Under the pieces are notes generated by a model that worked only from the letters and a program-made list of their open reading frames with translations, did no database searches and was not told the DNA's origin. Shown here in pieces: positions 44,124 to 53,018 of a DNA stretch of 64,000 nucleotides (positions within the stretch are counted from its first letter, which is position 1; every line of letters begins with the position of its first letter). Source of the DNA: an uncultured Elusimicrobia bacterium (lineage in GTDB: Bacteria > Elusimicrobiota > Elusimicrobia > UBA1565); the NCBI GenBank assembly GCA_964359165.1, contig CAYHRV010000001.1:28080-92079 (forward strand), in the 5' to 3' direction. The position numbers and the translations under genes are program-made.

Positions 44124-45056
44124 TTATGCTTCTGCTTTAAGACAATCGATTGCGTTCCGGACGGCCTCCTCTTCCATCTGCACCCTGGACTCCTTGGTGA
44201 GAGTGGCGACATGCGGAGTCATGACCATATTATCCAGCTCGCAGAGCTTGCCAACATAGGGCTCCTCGGGAAAAACATCCAGGGCGGCGCCCGCCAGGCG
44301 CCCGATTTTCAAGGCGTCATACAGCGCCATTTCATCGACCATCGATCCTCTCGATACGTTGATCAGGAAGGCCCCCGCCTTCATCGCCGCGATCTCATTC
44401 GTTCCTAGCCGGAACGGCTTTTCTTTAATGGACGACAGGTGGATGGTCAGGATATCCGACGTCCGCAGCAACTCGGCTGAAGAAACGATTTTCACCCCGG
44501 CCTGATCCGCCCAAGTCCTGTCGGGGCGGAGGTCCGTGCCGTAAACCTCCGTGCCCAGCTTCAGCATGACCTCGGCGACCCTTTTGCCGATTCTGCCGAG
44601 CCCCAGGATGCCGACTTTCTTGCCGAAAAGCAGGTTGCCGGCTTCCTTGTGCCATCGCTTCGCGCGCATGAGTCCCGCGTGGCGGGACAATCTGCGCATC
44701 AGATCGAAGGCCATGGCGATGGTGAGCTCGACGACGGGTTGGACGACGGCATCCGGCGTATTCTTGATGATGATCCGTTTGTCGGAAGCCTTCTCGGCGT
44801 CGATGTTATCGATGCCGACCCCGCATCGGCTGATGCATCTCAAGCGGGGCAGATGATCGATGACGAAGCCGTCATAAGGCTCGACGCCCGCGACGATGCC
44901 CTCGGCATCTTTCCCGAGAGCGACGATCTCTTCGCGGCTCAGGCGTTTCCCGAGCGCATTGATGGAGAAATCGAAGCCGCTGCTTTTTAGGAGTTCGAGG
45001 GGAGCGCTGCCATGCTCCGAAAATGTGGAAAGAGCCACGAATATCTTCTTCTTCAT
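44124..45056 (-). CDS. D-isomer-specific 2-hydroxyacid dehydrogenase (phosphoglycerate-dehydrogenase-like)
   Basis: Start ATG 45056 (ATGA overlap). NAD motif VGILGLGRIGKRVA. Confidence 0.8.
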   Translation of the reverse strand: MKKKIFVALSTFSEHGSAPLELLKSSGFDFSINALGKRLSREEIVALGKDAEGIVAGVEPYDGFVIDHLPRLRCISRCGVGIDNIDAEKASDKRIIIKNTPDAVVQPVVELTIAMAFDLMRRLSRHAGLMRAKRWHKEAGNLLFGKKVGILGLGRIGKRVAEVMLKLGTEVYGTDLRPDRTWADQAGVKIVSSAELLRTSDILTIHLSSIKEKPFRLGTNEIAAMKAGAFLINVSRGSMVDEMALYDALKIGRLAGAALDVFPEEPYVGKLCELDNMVMTPHVATLTKESRVQMEEEAVRNAIDCLKAEA

Positions 45057-45826
45057 AAAGCCGAGATCCGTTCGAACAATTTCTTTTGCGCCGGGTCGCT
45101 GCGCAGGATATCCTCGATCCTGGCGACATCGCCCGGCCGATCTACTCCGACGGTGTTCCGCTCGTACACGACGCCTCGTATGGCGTGGCGATGTCCCAAG
45201 ATGCGCAGGAAATCGACGGACTCCGCGATTTCCAACGAGGTCGGCGGGAGCCTGGAATAGGCGTGCAGGAAGGATTTTGTGAAGGCCGAGATTCCGGTCT
45301 GCCGATACATGGGGCAGCCGTTGCGCACGCGCAAATGCGGGATCGGGGAACGAGAAAAGCACATGATGAATCCCGTCTCATCAAGGACCGCTTTGACGAT
45401 GTCTTCATCAAGCAGGTCTGCTTCGTCCTTGATCGCGGAGATCAGGTTCGCGCAGTTCACCGTTTCGTCGGCCAAGAGCGGTTCCGTCAGGCGAGCGAGG
45501 ACTTCCGGCTCGAACAACGGCTCATCTCCCTGGACGATGACGGCGATATCCAGGTCGATCCGGCCGGCCGCTTCTTCCACCCGATCGGTGCAGCGCTCAT
45601 GCGTGTTCTTGGTCATGATGGCCTTTCCGCCGAAGCGGGTGACCGTGTCGAATATCTCCCGATCGCACGTCGCGACAGAGACATCGTCGATCGCCGCGGA
45701 GAGTAATACCCGCCTGCGCACATGCTCTATCATGGGAAGCCCGGATATCTTCACAAGCGGCTTTCCGGGGAATCTGGACGCCCCCATGCGGGCGGGGATG
45801 ACGGCCACGACCTTCTTGCGCTTCAT
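45053..45826 (-). CDS. KdsB-family cytidylyltransferase (CMP-ulosonic acid synthetase-like)
   Basis: Start ATG 45826 (MKRKKVVAVIPARMGASRFPGKPL). VQGDEPL motif. Confidence 0.8.
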   Translation of the reverse strand: MKRKKVVAVIPARMGASRFPGKPLVKISGLPMIEHVRRRVLLSAAIDDVSVATCDREIFDTVTRFGGKAIMTKNTHERCTDRVEEAAGRIDLDIAVIVQGDEPLFEPEVLARLTEPLLADETVNCANLISAIKDEADLLDEDIVKAVLDETGFIMCFSRSPIPHLRVRNGCPMYRQTGISAFTKSFLHAYSRLPPTSLEIAESVDFLRILGHRHAIRGVVYERNTVGVDRPGDVARIEDILRSDPAQKKLFERISAL

Positions 45827-45848
45827 GGTGATGTTCGTGGTCTCAGTC

Positions 45849-46616
45849 CTATTGCGTGAGCACTCCGCAGTCCACATTTATGCATTGTCCAGTGATGGCG
45901 GATGCGGCATCAGACGCCAGATAAAGACACGCATCGCCGACTTCGTCTCCCGTCGGAAGTCGTTTCAAGGCGGAATTTGCGGACGCGAATTCGTCTAAAT
46001 ATCCGTGGACATCCTTCCCCCGGGCTGGAGATCTCGGGTCCTTTAAAGCATCCAAGACCCCATCGGTCTCGATGTACACCGGGCAGACCGCGTTCACCCG
46101 GATTCCCCGCGGACCCAGCTCTTTCGCGAGCGCCTGAGTGATGCCGTTCACGCCGAATTTAGATGCGCAATAGACGGAATTGTCGGCGCTCCCCCGCTTG
46201 CCTGCAAGACTGGAGATGTTGATGATGCACCCGCCTTTGGTCAGCCTGTCCGCGGCGGCCTTACACCCCCAGAAAGTCCCCTTCAGATTCGTGTCGATCA
46301 TCTTGTTCCAGAAGCCGATGTCGACTTCGCCCGCAGGCCGCCATTCGGAAAAACCGGCGCAATTGATGTAGGCGTCAAGCCTGCCGGTCCATCCGATGGC
46401 CGCATCGATCAGTCGTCGATGATCGAGCTCGTTCCGTACATCGGCGGCATGATAGCGGGCCTTGCCGCCCAATCTTTTTGCCGAGCCTGAATCGGTTCGA
46501 GCGCCAATCATCACATCGTAGCCGTCGGCGTGGAAGACTCGAGCGATCGCCGCGCCGATGCCGCGATTGCCGCCGGTGATGATGACCGTCTTCGAGGGGC
46601 CCTTGAGCTTATTCAC
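45849..46616 (-). CDS. Short-chain dehydrogenase/reductase
   Basis: VIITGGNRGIGAA and YCASKFG. Confidence 0.85.
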   Translation of the reverse strand: MNKLKGPSKTVIITGGNRGIGAAIARVFHADGYDVMIGARTDSGSAKRLGGKARYHAADVRNELDHRRLIDAAIGWTGRLDAYINCAGFSEWRPAGEVDIGFWNKMIDTNLKGTFWGCKAAADRLTKGGCIINISSLAGKRGSADNSVYCASKFGVNGITQALAKELGPRGIRVNAVCPVYIETDGVLDALKDPRSPARGKDVHGYLDEFASANSALKRLPTGDEVGDACLYLASDAASAITGQCINVDCGVLTQ

Positions 46617-47392
46617 TAGATCGTCATCGCGGTGAATCCGCCGTCAACGGTTATCTCTGCGCCGGTCACGAAACCAGACGCCTCGGAGGCGAGCCACAGG
46701 ACGGCGCCGGACAGCTCGTCAGGCCGGCCGTATCTGGCCATCGGCGTATGTCCCAGGATAGCCCGCTCGCGGTCGGGAGAAAGGAAGTTCTTCTTGCTCC
46801 ATTCTGTCGGAAAAAATCCGGGCCGCAGGGCGTTCACTCGGACATTGTGCGGCGCCCACTCTCGGGCCAGATTCTGCGTCAGATTCCTGATCCCGGCCTT
46901 GGCTGCCGAGTAGGCGAACGCCTTCGATAAGGGAGGGCCGGCCGATGCGGAGGACAGGTTGATGATCGAGCCTCCTTTTTTCTCCACCATATGACGGCCG
47001 AATATCTGGCATCCCAGAAACGTCCCTGTCACATGCGAATCCAATATGGATTTCCATTCTTCAACGGAAATATCAAAAAAAGGGGTCGGGGCGTTGATGC
47101 CTGCGCCGTTTATCAGCACATCGACATCGTCGAATTCTTCGATCACCCTGCGCAGGGCTTCTTCGTGGGCGGCTTTTTCGGTGACCTGCAGCGGGACCCC
47201 GATCGCCGTCCCGCCTTCCTTTCTGATCTTCGAAACCACGGCATTCATGGCCGCGGCATTCCTGTCTAAAACGGCGACGCGCACGCCGGCTTTGCCGAGG
47301 GCCGACGCCATCTCGCCGCACAGGAACCCCGCTCCGCCGATAACGGCCGCCGTTTTTCCGTCCAACTTAAAGAGTCGTGTCAGGTAATCCAT
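46616..47392 (-). CDS. Short-chain dehydrogenase/reductase
   Basis: Start ATG 47392 (MDYLTRLFKLDGKTAAVIGGAGFLCGE). YSAAKAG. Confidence 0.8.
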   Translation of the reverse strand: MDYLTRLFKLDGKTAAVIGGAGFLCGEMASALGKAGVRVAVLDRNAAAMNAVVSKIRKEGGTAIGVPLQVTEKAAHEEALRRVIEEFDDVDVLINGAGINAPTPFFDISVEEWKSILDSHVTGTFLGCQIFGRHMVEKKGGSIINLSSASAGPPLSKAFAYSAAKAGIRNLTQNLAREWAPHNVRVNALRPGFFPTEWSKKNFLSPDRERAILGHTPMARYGRPDELSGAVLWLASEASGFVTGAEITVDGGFTAMTI

Positions 47393-48080
47393 TTTTCCTT
47401 CCGTGCGCGCCATGCCATGCCGCGATGCATGACTTGGCCTGCGCCAAGTCGTCGAAGCATTTGATTCCAAGCCCGCTGAAATCGTAGCCGGAATTTCTCC
47501 CGATGAAGACGCACCCGATGCCCTTCGCGACCTCATAGTCTTCTTTGCTGTCTCCGATGTAAAGGATGTCCACGGGTCGGACATCCTCGGCGCGCATGAT
47601 CCGTTCGAATATCGCCTTCTTCGGCGCGGGCGCGCCGTATATGCCCTTGAAATACCGATGAAGTCCTCGGCGCTTCAGAATGACGGTCAATTCATCCAGC
47701 GGCGTCGCGGAAGCCATGTAGAGCGGGCATTTCTTGGAAAAAAATCCAAGGAACTCGAGTGCGCCGTCGACGTAGGGGCATGCGATGATCCCGTCCCTGG
47801 TCATGGCCGAAAACCGCGTCGCCCAGTCGTTTGCGCGGGCGCTATCGAACTCCTGTTTCAATATGTGCTCCATGATATGCCTGAACTTGTCATGCCGGTT
47901 GACGGCATTGTGAGCGTGATGATACGCCATTATTTCCCGATGGTGAGAAGGGAATTCCGAGAAGATATGAGAAAACGCACGACGCTTGATGTCGTTTGAT
48001 TCGACGATGACGCCGTCGAAATCGAGGACGATGACCTTGAGGGAATTTATCGTCAGGCTCCGTCGCCCTTTGCTTCGCAT
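47367..48080 (-). CDS. HAD-superfamily phosphatase
   Basis: Motif I VLDFDGVIVES near the N-terminus. Start is ATG 48080, or CTG 48056 overlapping the aldolase stop (CTGA). Confidence 0.7.
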   Translation of the reverse strand: MRSKGRRSLTINSLKVIVLDFDGVIVESNDIKRRAFSHIFSEFPSHHREIMAYHHAHNAVNRHDKFRHIMEHILKQEFDSARANDWATRFSAMTRDGIIACPYVDGALEFLGFFSKKCPLYMASATPLDELTVILKRRGLHRYFKGIYGAPAPKKAIFERIMRAEDVRPVDILYIGDSKEDYEVAKGIGCVFIGRNSGYDFSGLGIKCFDDLAQAKSCIAAWHGAHGRKNGLPDTTL

Positions 48081-48850
48081 ATGATCATCCTGGCTGTTTC
48101 GCTCCACTTCCAAAGTATGAAGATGTCCGAAGCGAGGACGACAAAGGTGTATCCGGCCGCAAATGCGGCCTGAACGTTGTCGCGGTCCGGCTCGATCACT
48201 TGCGTGCCGCATGCCTTGCCGTGTCGGGCGCAGGCGGCGATGACCGTTTTCTCCGCCGCCGCCACCAGTGGATGGTCCAGCCGGCCGGGGACCCCCAGGG
48301 AGCCGGAAAGATCGTAAGGCCCGATCATCGCGCCGTCGACCTCCGGGTAGGAGATCATCTTATCGATATTCTCAACGCCCTGGATCGATTCGATCTGGAT
48401 GATCAATGCCGAGGATTCGTTCCAGCCCTTCGTGTGGTCATGGAAATCAAAGCCGTAGCCTTGTCCCCTGGCTATGCCGAAGCTTCGTTTTCCCAACGGC
48501 GGATACTTGCACCAGGAGATCAATTGCTCGACCTCCCCCGGAGTATTGACCATCGGAGCGATGATCCCATCCGCCCCCGAATCCAAAAGCCGCTTTATCG
48601 CCTCCATGCTGTGGGACGCTATCCGGGGCAGGCACAGCGTCCCATTCCCCTGACATGCGGCCATGATCCGTTGAGATTGCTCCTGGCTGATGGTGCTGTG
48701 CTCGAGGTCTATGCCGATGAAGTCGACTCCTGATCGCGCGAGGATCTCGGTCACCGAGGGATGGGAGAGCGAGGTCCACCCGGCAAAAGCCCGCTTTCGG
48801 CCGCGCAATCTTGTCTTTAGGGCGCGGCGATTTTCGTTCGTGTCATGCAT
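48053..48850 (-). CDS. HpcH/HpaI-family (class II, pyruvate-specific) aldolase
   Basis: DFIGIDLEHS metal-site motif and an overall HpaI/GarL-like sequence. Confidence 0.8.
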   Translation of the reverse strand: MHDTNENRRALKTRLRGRKRAFAGWTSLSHPSVTEILARSGVDFIGIDLEHSTISQEQSQRIMAACQGNGTLCLPRIASHSMEAIKRLLDSGADGIIAPMVNTPGEVEQLISWCKYPPLGKRSFGIARGQGYGFDFHDHTKGWNESSALIIQIESIQGVENIDKMISYPEVDGAMIGPYDLSGSLGVPGRLDHPLVAAAEKTVIAACARHGKACGTQVIEPDRDNVQAAFAAGYTFVVLASDIFILWKWSETARMIICEAKGDGA

Positions 48851-48856
48851 GCGTTG

Positions 48857-49561
48857 TCAGCCTTGTCTCGAACGGGAGAGTAATTTTTCCGTTTTTGCGG
48901 CATCGGAGAGGAACATCTGGACCGTTTCTTTTGAATAGGGATGCACGATCATTCCCCTCAGGATATCCGGGACAACGGTGACGATGTCCGCTCCAGCGTC
49001 AAGCCACTCTATGACGTTCAAAACCTCGCGAGTGGACCCGATGATTATCTTGGCCGGCAGCTTGTGGTAGTCCAGAACCTTGCGCAGTTTTTTTATCTCA
49101 TCATTGCAATTATATCCCATGTTGTTGACTCGGCCGCCGAATAGGGACACATAGGTCGAGCCGGCCAAGGCGGCGAGCAGGCACTGTTGCGCGCTCATCA
49201 TGGCTGTCGCATTCACCTGGACCTTATATCTGTCGGTCAATTCGCGGATGGCCGCCAGATTCTCGATCTCTCCGTCGGGGCCGTGTATGGGTATTTTAAC
49301 ATTGATATTGTCGGCCCATTTCGCGCACTCCCTCGCCTGCGTGATCATCCCCTGATAATCGTTTGTGGTGACTTCCACGGACAAGGGATAGGGGGCGATC
49401 ATCTTGGCTATCTGGATGAACCTGTCCTTGAGGGCCTTTCTGCCGCTGGTCACGCCGTCTTTGAGCAATATGGTCGGATTCGTGGTCACTCCCCGGATAA
49501 CGCCCATTTTCAGATATTTCTCGATCTCCGTGACGTTCCCTGAATCCAAGAAAATCGCCAT
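48857..49561 (-). CDS. Transaldolase-family protein (short TalC / fructose-6-phosphate-aldolase type)
   Basis: MAIFLDSGNVTEIEKY and GVTTNPT motifs. 234 aa fits the short subfamily. Confidence 0.8.
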   Translation of the reverse strand: MAIFLDSGNVTEIEKYLKMGVIRGVTTNPTILLKDGVTSGRKALKDRFIQIAKMIAPYPLSVEVTTNDYQGMITQARECAKWADNINVKIPIHGPDGEIENLAAIRELTDRYKVQVNATAMMSAQQCLLAALAGSTYVSLFGGRVNNMGYNCNDEIKKLRKVLDYHKLPAKIIIGSTREVLNVIEWLDAGADIVTVVPDILRGMIVHPYSKETVQMFLSDAAKTEKLLSRSRQG

Positions 49562-49588
49562 TGTCTCCTCCAGTCCTCGTCCTGATCT

Positions 49589-50194
49589 CTATTTACGCGT
49601 GACCGATTCCCACTTGTTGCTGATTTTCATGACACGGGGATCGGAAACGATCAGATGCCAGATGAGACCCTGGAAGGATTCAGCGTGCGGGGTCACGGTA
49701 TCTGGATTTACCGTCGGGATGATCACGCAGACGTCCGCGGTCTTGGCGGTAAAACCTCCGTCTCTTCCGACGATTCCCATGATCTTGGCATTTTGTGATC
49801 TGGCATATTCCAAGGCGTAGACTAAATTGGCGCTGATGTTCTTCTCTTTATCCCCACCGCCCACTGAAAACACAAAGACGCCGTCCTTTTCGCTTAATCG
49901 GCTGGTTTTGAGCCATTCCGAGAAAACCGTATGCCAGCCTTCATCATTCGTGCGAGCGGTCAGCTCGGAAACGTTGTCCACGGGAGAATAGGATTCTATG
50001 CCGCCGATTTTCCTGAAGTCATTGACCGCATGAGAGCAATTTCCCGCGCTGCCGCCGACGCCGATAAAAAACAAGCGCCCTTCGGATTCCCGGATGGACA
50101 GGATCAGCTTGATCATCTTTTCCACGGCGGACTTGTCGATCCGCTTGATGATTGATGCCGCGTCGGCGAAGTACTCGTCTGTGTGCGACGTCAT
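49589..50194 (-). CDS. gmhA: SIS-domain sugar-phosphate isomerase (GmhA / phosphoheptose-isomerase-like)
   Basis: FFIGVGGSAGNCSHAVNDF motif. About 200 aa, a single SIS domain. Confidence 0.75.
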   Translation of the reverse strand: MTSHTDEYFADAASIIKRIDKSAVEKMIKLILSIRESEGRLFFIGVGGSAGNCSHAVNDFRKIGGIESYSPVDNVSELTARTNDEGWHTVFSEWLKTSRLSEKDGVFVFSVGGGDKEKNISANLVYALEYARSQNAKIMGIVGRDGGFTAKTADVCVIIPTVNPDTVTPHAESFQGLIWHLIVSDPRVMKISNKWESVTRK

Positions 50195-50212
50195 CGATTC
50201 TCCGTTGGGGGA

Positions 50213-51226
50213 TTATTTCTTCCGCAGCACTATCCGGGCGTATGAGCTCAGCAGGTTCTCCTGAAGGAACTCCTGAAAAAGAGTCTTGGATTCCGCGCCG
50301 CGGCTGCGCAGCATGTATTCCATGGGCCTCGAAAGCTTGATCTCGGGGTTGTGCCGCACGGCGGTTTCTACAAGTTCGACGTCGAGGATCCCCGGGGTGC
50401 TGAATTCAAGACATTCGAAATCATGTCTTTTAAATAGCGCCCTGAGTCCTTCAACGGTGAATACATTCAGGCGGTCCGGGGGGAAGATGTTCTCGGCCTT
50501 GTCCCAGAGGGTCTGGAGGTCGAACCCGGAGATCAGGATGTCGGTCATAAAGCACAGGCCGTTCTTCTTCAGCATGGCCCGAAGCGCCGCGAAGAGCGCA
50601 TCGACGTCCCCGGCGTTGTCGGCAACCTCGAATATCGAAACGACATCGGCGCCGTTTTTGAGCGGGGCGGGATCAAGCGACGCATTCAGGATATTGATGC
50701 GGCCGCTCAGCGCCGCATCGTCTAGGCGGATGCGGGGGTTGAGGAGTGTTTTTCTCGTGAAGAAGGCGTTGTCCAGCAGCTCATCGATATAGCCGTACTG
50801 CTCCGTGTTGACGTCGACGATATGCTCGGCCTCCGGCAGGTTCTCCTGCGTCGAATCCAGTATCCAGTCGAAGCGAGGCCTGATGATCTTGTCCTGTCTT
50901 TTCCGGTTCGTTTTTTTTGATAGTTCATCGCGCCAATAATCCCTGGCGGCCGATTTCGCATAGTACCCATTCAGTGCGGCGTCATCGGGCCGTGGAGAAA
51001 CATACAGCGTGGAACAATCGGGACATTCCACATACTGCATGCCGAGCTTGGCGAACGACGCCTTGCCGTTTTTGCCGCGGCAGCCGGGACAGGGACTGTC
51101 TTTGAGAGCGTGTTTCGGGAAATAAACATCGACATCTTTTTCGGTGAGCTGGATGTATCTTTTAAAAAGGTCGAACGGCCTCAGGTCGATCTCGTTGTAT
51201 TCATCAGAGATGACGATCTTTTTCAT
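50213..51226 (-). CDS. Zn-ribbon plus methyltransferase-like protein (SAM motif degenerate)
   Basis: CPGCRG...YVECPDCSTLYVSPRP zinc-ribbon as in many class I methyltransferases. No clean GxGxG SAM loop seen. Confidence 0.5.
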   Translation of the reverse strand: MKKIVISDEYNEIDLRPFDLFKRYIQLTEKDVDVYFPKHALKDSPCPGCRGKNGKASFAKLGMQYVECPDCSTLYVSPRPDDAALNGYYAKSAARDYWRDELSKKTNRKRQDKIIRPRFDWILDSTQENLPEAEHIVDVNTEQYGYIDELLDNAFFTRKTLLNPRIRLDDAALSGRINILNASLDPAPLKNGADVVSIFEVADNAGDVDALFAALRAMLKKNGLCFMTDILISGFDLQTLWDKAENIFPPDRLNVFTVEGLRALFKRHDFECLEFSTPGILDVELVETAVRHNPEIKLSRPMEYMLRSRGAESKTLFQEFLQENLLSSYARIVLRKK

Positions 51227-52266
51227 CTGATCGGCTCCCTCAGCCGGTGTTCGGCTGCGTCGGCATAGGCTTTTTCAATGATTTCCATGACCCTCAGCGC
51301 ATCTTCCGAGGAGCTCTTGGTGATCGGGATATCCCGGTCGATGCATTTGACGAACTCCTCGACTTCCAAGTCCCACGACAGATCCCTGTCGAAATACGTG
51401 ACCTCTTCGGAGGGATTGCCGACCGCCGCGGCTTCGTCTTCGAACTGCCTCTTCCCGATGATGATCTGTTCTCTCCCGTAGCTGCCCGATTTCGAAAGGA
51501 GTCCTTCGACGGTGACGTAGCCCTCTTGAAGCGTGATGTCTATCTTGAAAGTATGCTTCCACATGGTGGCGGATGAGTGAAAAAAGGCATTCTGCCCGAG
51601 CTTGTTCTGGAGGATGATATAGGCGTTGTCTTCAACGTCGAAATTCCAGAACGAGCTGCTGATGAAGCCCTTGACCGATTCAAAGTCGCCGCAGAAATAC
51701 CGGAATAAGTCGAGCATGTGGATCCCCTGATCCAGCAGTATCCCCCCACCCGAGATATGCTTGTTGTTGCGCCAGGAATTCGCGAAATTGACGCCGCCGG
51801 ATTTCCCGTAGAGGCCGCGGACGTTGACGATCCCTCCGAGTCTGCCGTTATCGACCAACGCCTTGGCCTTGACGATCCCGGGATGGAAGCGATGATTGAA
51901 CCCGAACATCAGTTTCACGCCGGCATTTTGTTTTTCAGCGCGGATGATGTCCTCGATGTCCCGGACATCGCAGCCCGGCGGCTTCTCGCAGAAAACGTGG
52001 ATATTTTTATTCATGCTCTTTATGCATATTTCCGGCGAGTAATGGTTCGGGGTGCAGACAAAGACGATGTCCAGGTCTTCCTGGAAGAGTTGTTCGTGCG
52101 AATCGAAGACGGGGCAGCCCTTGATTTTCTCCCGGGCCTTGGGATTCGTGTCGCTGATGCCGACCAAGGATAATCTCGGGCTGCGCTCCAATACGCCTCT
52201 GCGGATCTCCCCCATGTATCCATACCCGACGATGCCGGCTCTTAATTCTTTGCGCGTTTCGGGCAT
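51223..52266 (-). CDS. Gfo/Idh/MocA-family oxidoreductase
   Basis: GIVGYGYMG Rossmann N-terminus. ATGA overlap with the downstream gene. Confidence 0.8.
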   Translation of the reverse strand: MPETRKELRAGIVGYGYMGEIRRGVLERSPRLSLVGISDTNPKAREKIKGCPVFDSHEQLFQEDLDIVFVCTPNHYSPEICIKSMNKNIHVFCEKPPGCDVRDIEDIIRAEKQNAGVKLMFGFNHRFHPGIVKAKALVDNGRLGGIVNVRGLYGKSGGVNFANSWRNNKHISGGGILLDQGIHMLDLFRYFCGDFESVKGFISSSFWNFDVEDNAYIILQNKLGQNAFFHSSATMWKHTFKIDITLQEGYVTVEGLLSKSGSYGREQIIIGKRQFEDEAAAVGNPSEEVTYFDRDLSWDLEVEEFVKCIDRDIPITKSSSEDALRVMEIIEKAYADAAEHRLREPIR

Positions 52267-52273
52267 GTCGACA

Positions 52274-52840
52274 TTACTCCGGGGATGGGAAGCGGAGGGC
52301 GTGGAAATCGAGGAGCGTCACGAACCTCTGCCCCGGGGCAGGCTGGGGGACGCGCTCCTCCGTCGCGATGAAGACGGTGCCGGGCCGGGGACCGAGGGCC
52401 TTGAAGGTCTCGGCGTACTCGAGCCTTAGCCCGGGCAGGGCTAGATCGTTCACGGCCCCTTGCACCGCCTTGGCCGTTTCGGGCCAGGCGACGACCGTCG
52501 CCTCGTGCACGCCGGTCTCGTACTCGCGGCGCATCGAGTCTTGCACGGCGGCGATGATCTGGTGGAAGAGACGGATCGTGTGCAGAGTGTAGGCGAAGGA
52601 CTTGCGGCTCTTCTCGATCGCGCCCTTCATGGTGAGGAGGTATTCGGTCCGCTTCCAGTCGAGCTGACGGATTTTGATATAGCCCTTGCGCGCCAGACGC
52701 ATGAGCAGGATGTTGGTCATCCCCAAAGACAGTCCGATGCGCTTGGAGATCGCTCTCTGGGTCTGGCCGGGATTATCGGCCACGGCCTGCATGAGGGCAT
52801 ACTCGTTGAGGGCGAACCCTTTGGAAGTCGGCTGGGGCAT
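52274..52840 (-). CDS. Winged-helix (MarR-like) transcriptional regulator with an uncharacterised C-terminal domain
   Basis: QTQRAISKRIGLSLGMTNILLMRLARKGYIKI helix-turn-helix plus wing. High G+C, unlike the ten genes it precedes. 7-nt gap to the next gene. Confidence 0.65.
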   Translation of the reverse strand: MPQPTSKGFALNEYALMQAVADNPGQTQRAISKRIGLSLGMTNILLMRLARKGYIKIRQLDWKRTEYLLTMKGAIEKSRKSFAYTLHTIRLFHQIIAAVQDSMRREYETGVHEATVVAWPETAKAVQGAVNDLALPGLRLEYAETFKALGPRPGTVFIATEERVPQPAPGQRFVTLLDFHALRFPSPE

Positions 52841-52847
52841 GTTGTCT

Positions 52848-52862
52848 GTTCAACTATTAAAC
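52848..52862. promoter_or_regulatory. Near-palindrome GTTCAA-cta-TTAAAC (candidate operator), 8 nt upstream of the regulator start codon
   Basis: 11 of 12 positions match GTTCAA-N3-TTGAAC. Lies immediately downstream of the -10 at 52863-52871. Confidence 0.3.
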
Positions 52863-52871
52863 ATTGTATCA
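52863..52871 (-). promoter_or_regulatory. Extended -10 element TGATACAAT upstream of the regulator and island operon
   Basis: Read on the minus strand in an AT-rich gap. Same TGATAyAAT form as at 33336. Confidence 0.35.
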
Positions 52872-52918
52872 TAGACCGCATGCTTAGAGGAGCGGATCGG
52901 CGGCTTTTTGTCAAGAAG

Positions 52919-52966
52919 TGGTGGGATTGGCCTGTCGAGAGGATCCGGGCCAATCAAGCGCTGTTC
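52919..52966 (+). pseudogene. 16-codon remnant of a Vat/XAT acetyltransferase C-terminus
   Basis: Encodes WWDWPVERIRANQALF. About 22 nt (tggtgggattggcctgtcgaga) are repeated, inverted, near 53090-53112 and, with 2 mismatches, near 19760. Confidence 0.4.
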
Positions 52967-53018
52967 ATCGCCTTAGTCGACTTCGAGAACATCGGCTTCC
53001 GGATCCCGGCTTGACCCT

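Noticed and set aside
42612-52273. Island as an integrative mobile element or prophage remnant
   Set aside because: No integrase, transposase, tRNA target, att-like direct repeats or phage genes were found at either boundary. Only the compositional shift supports horizontal origin, so it was not annotated as a mobile_element.
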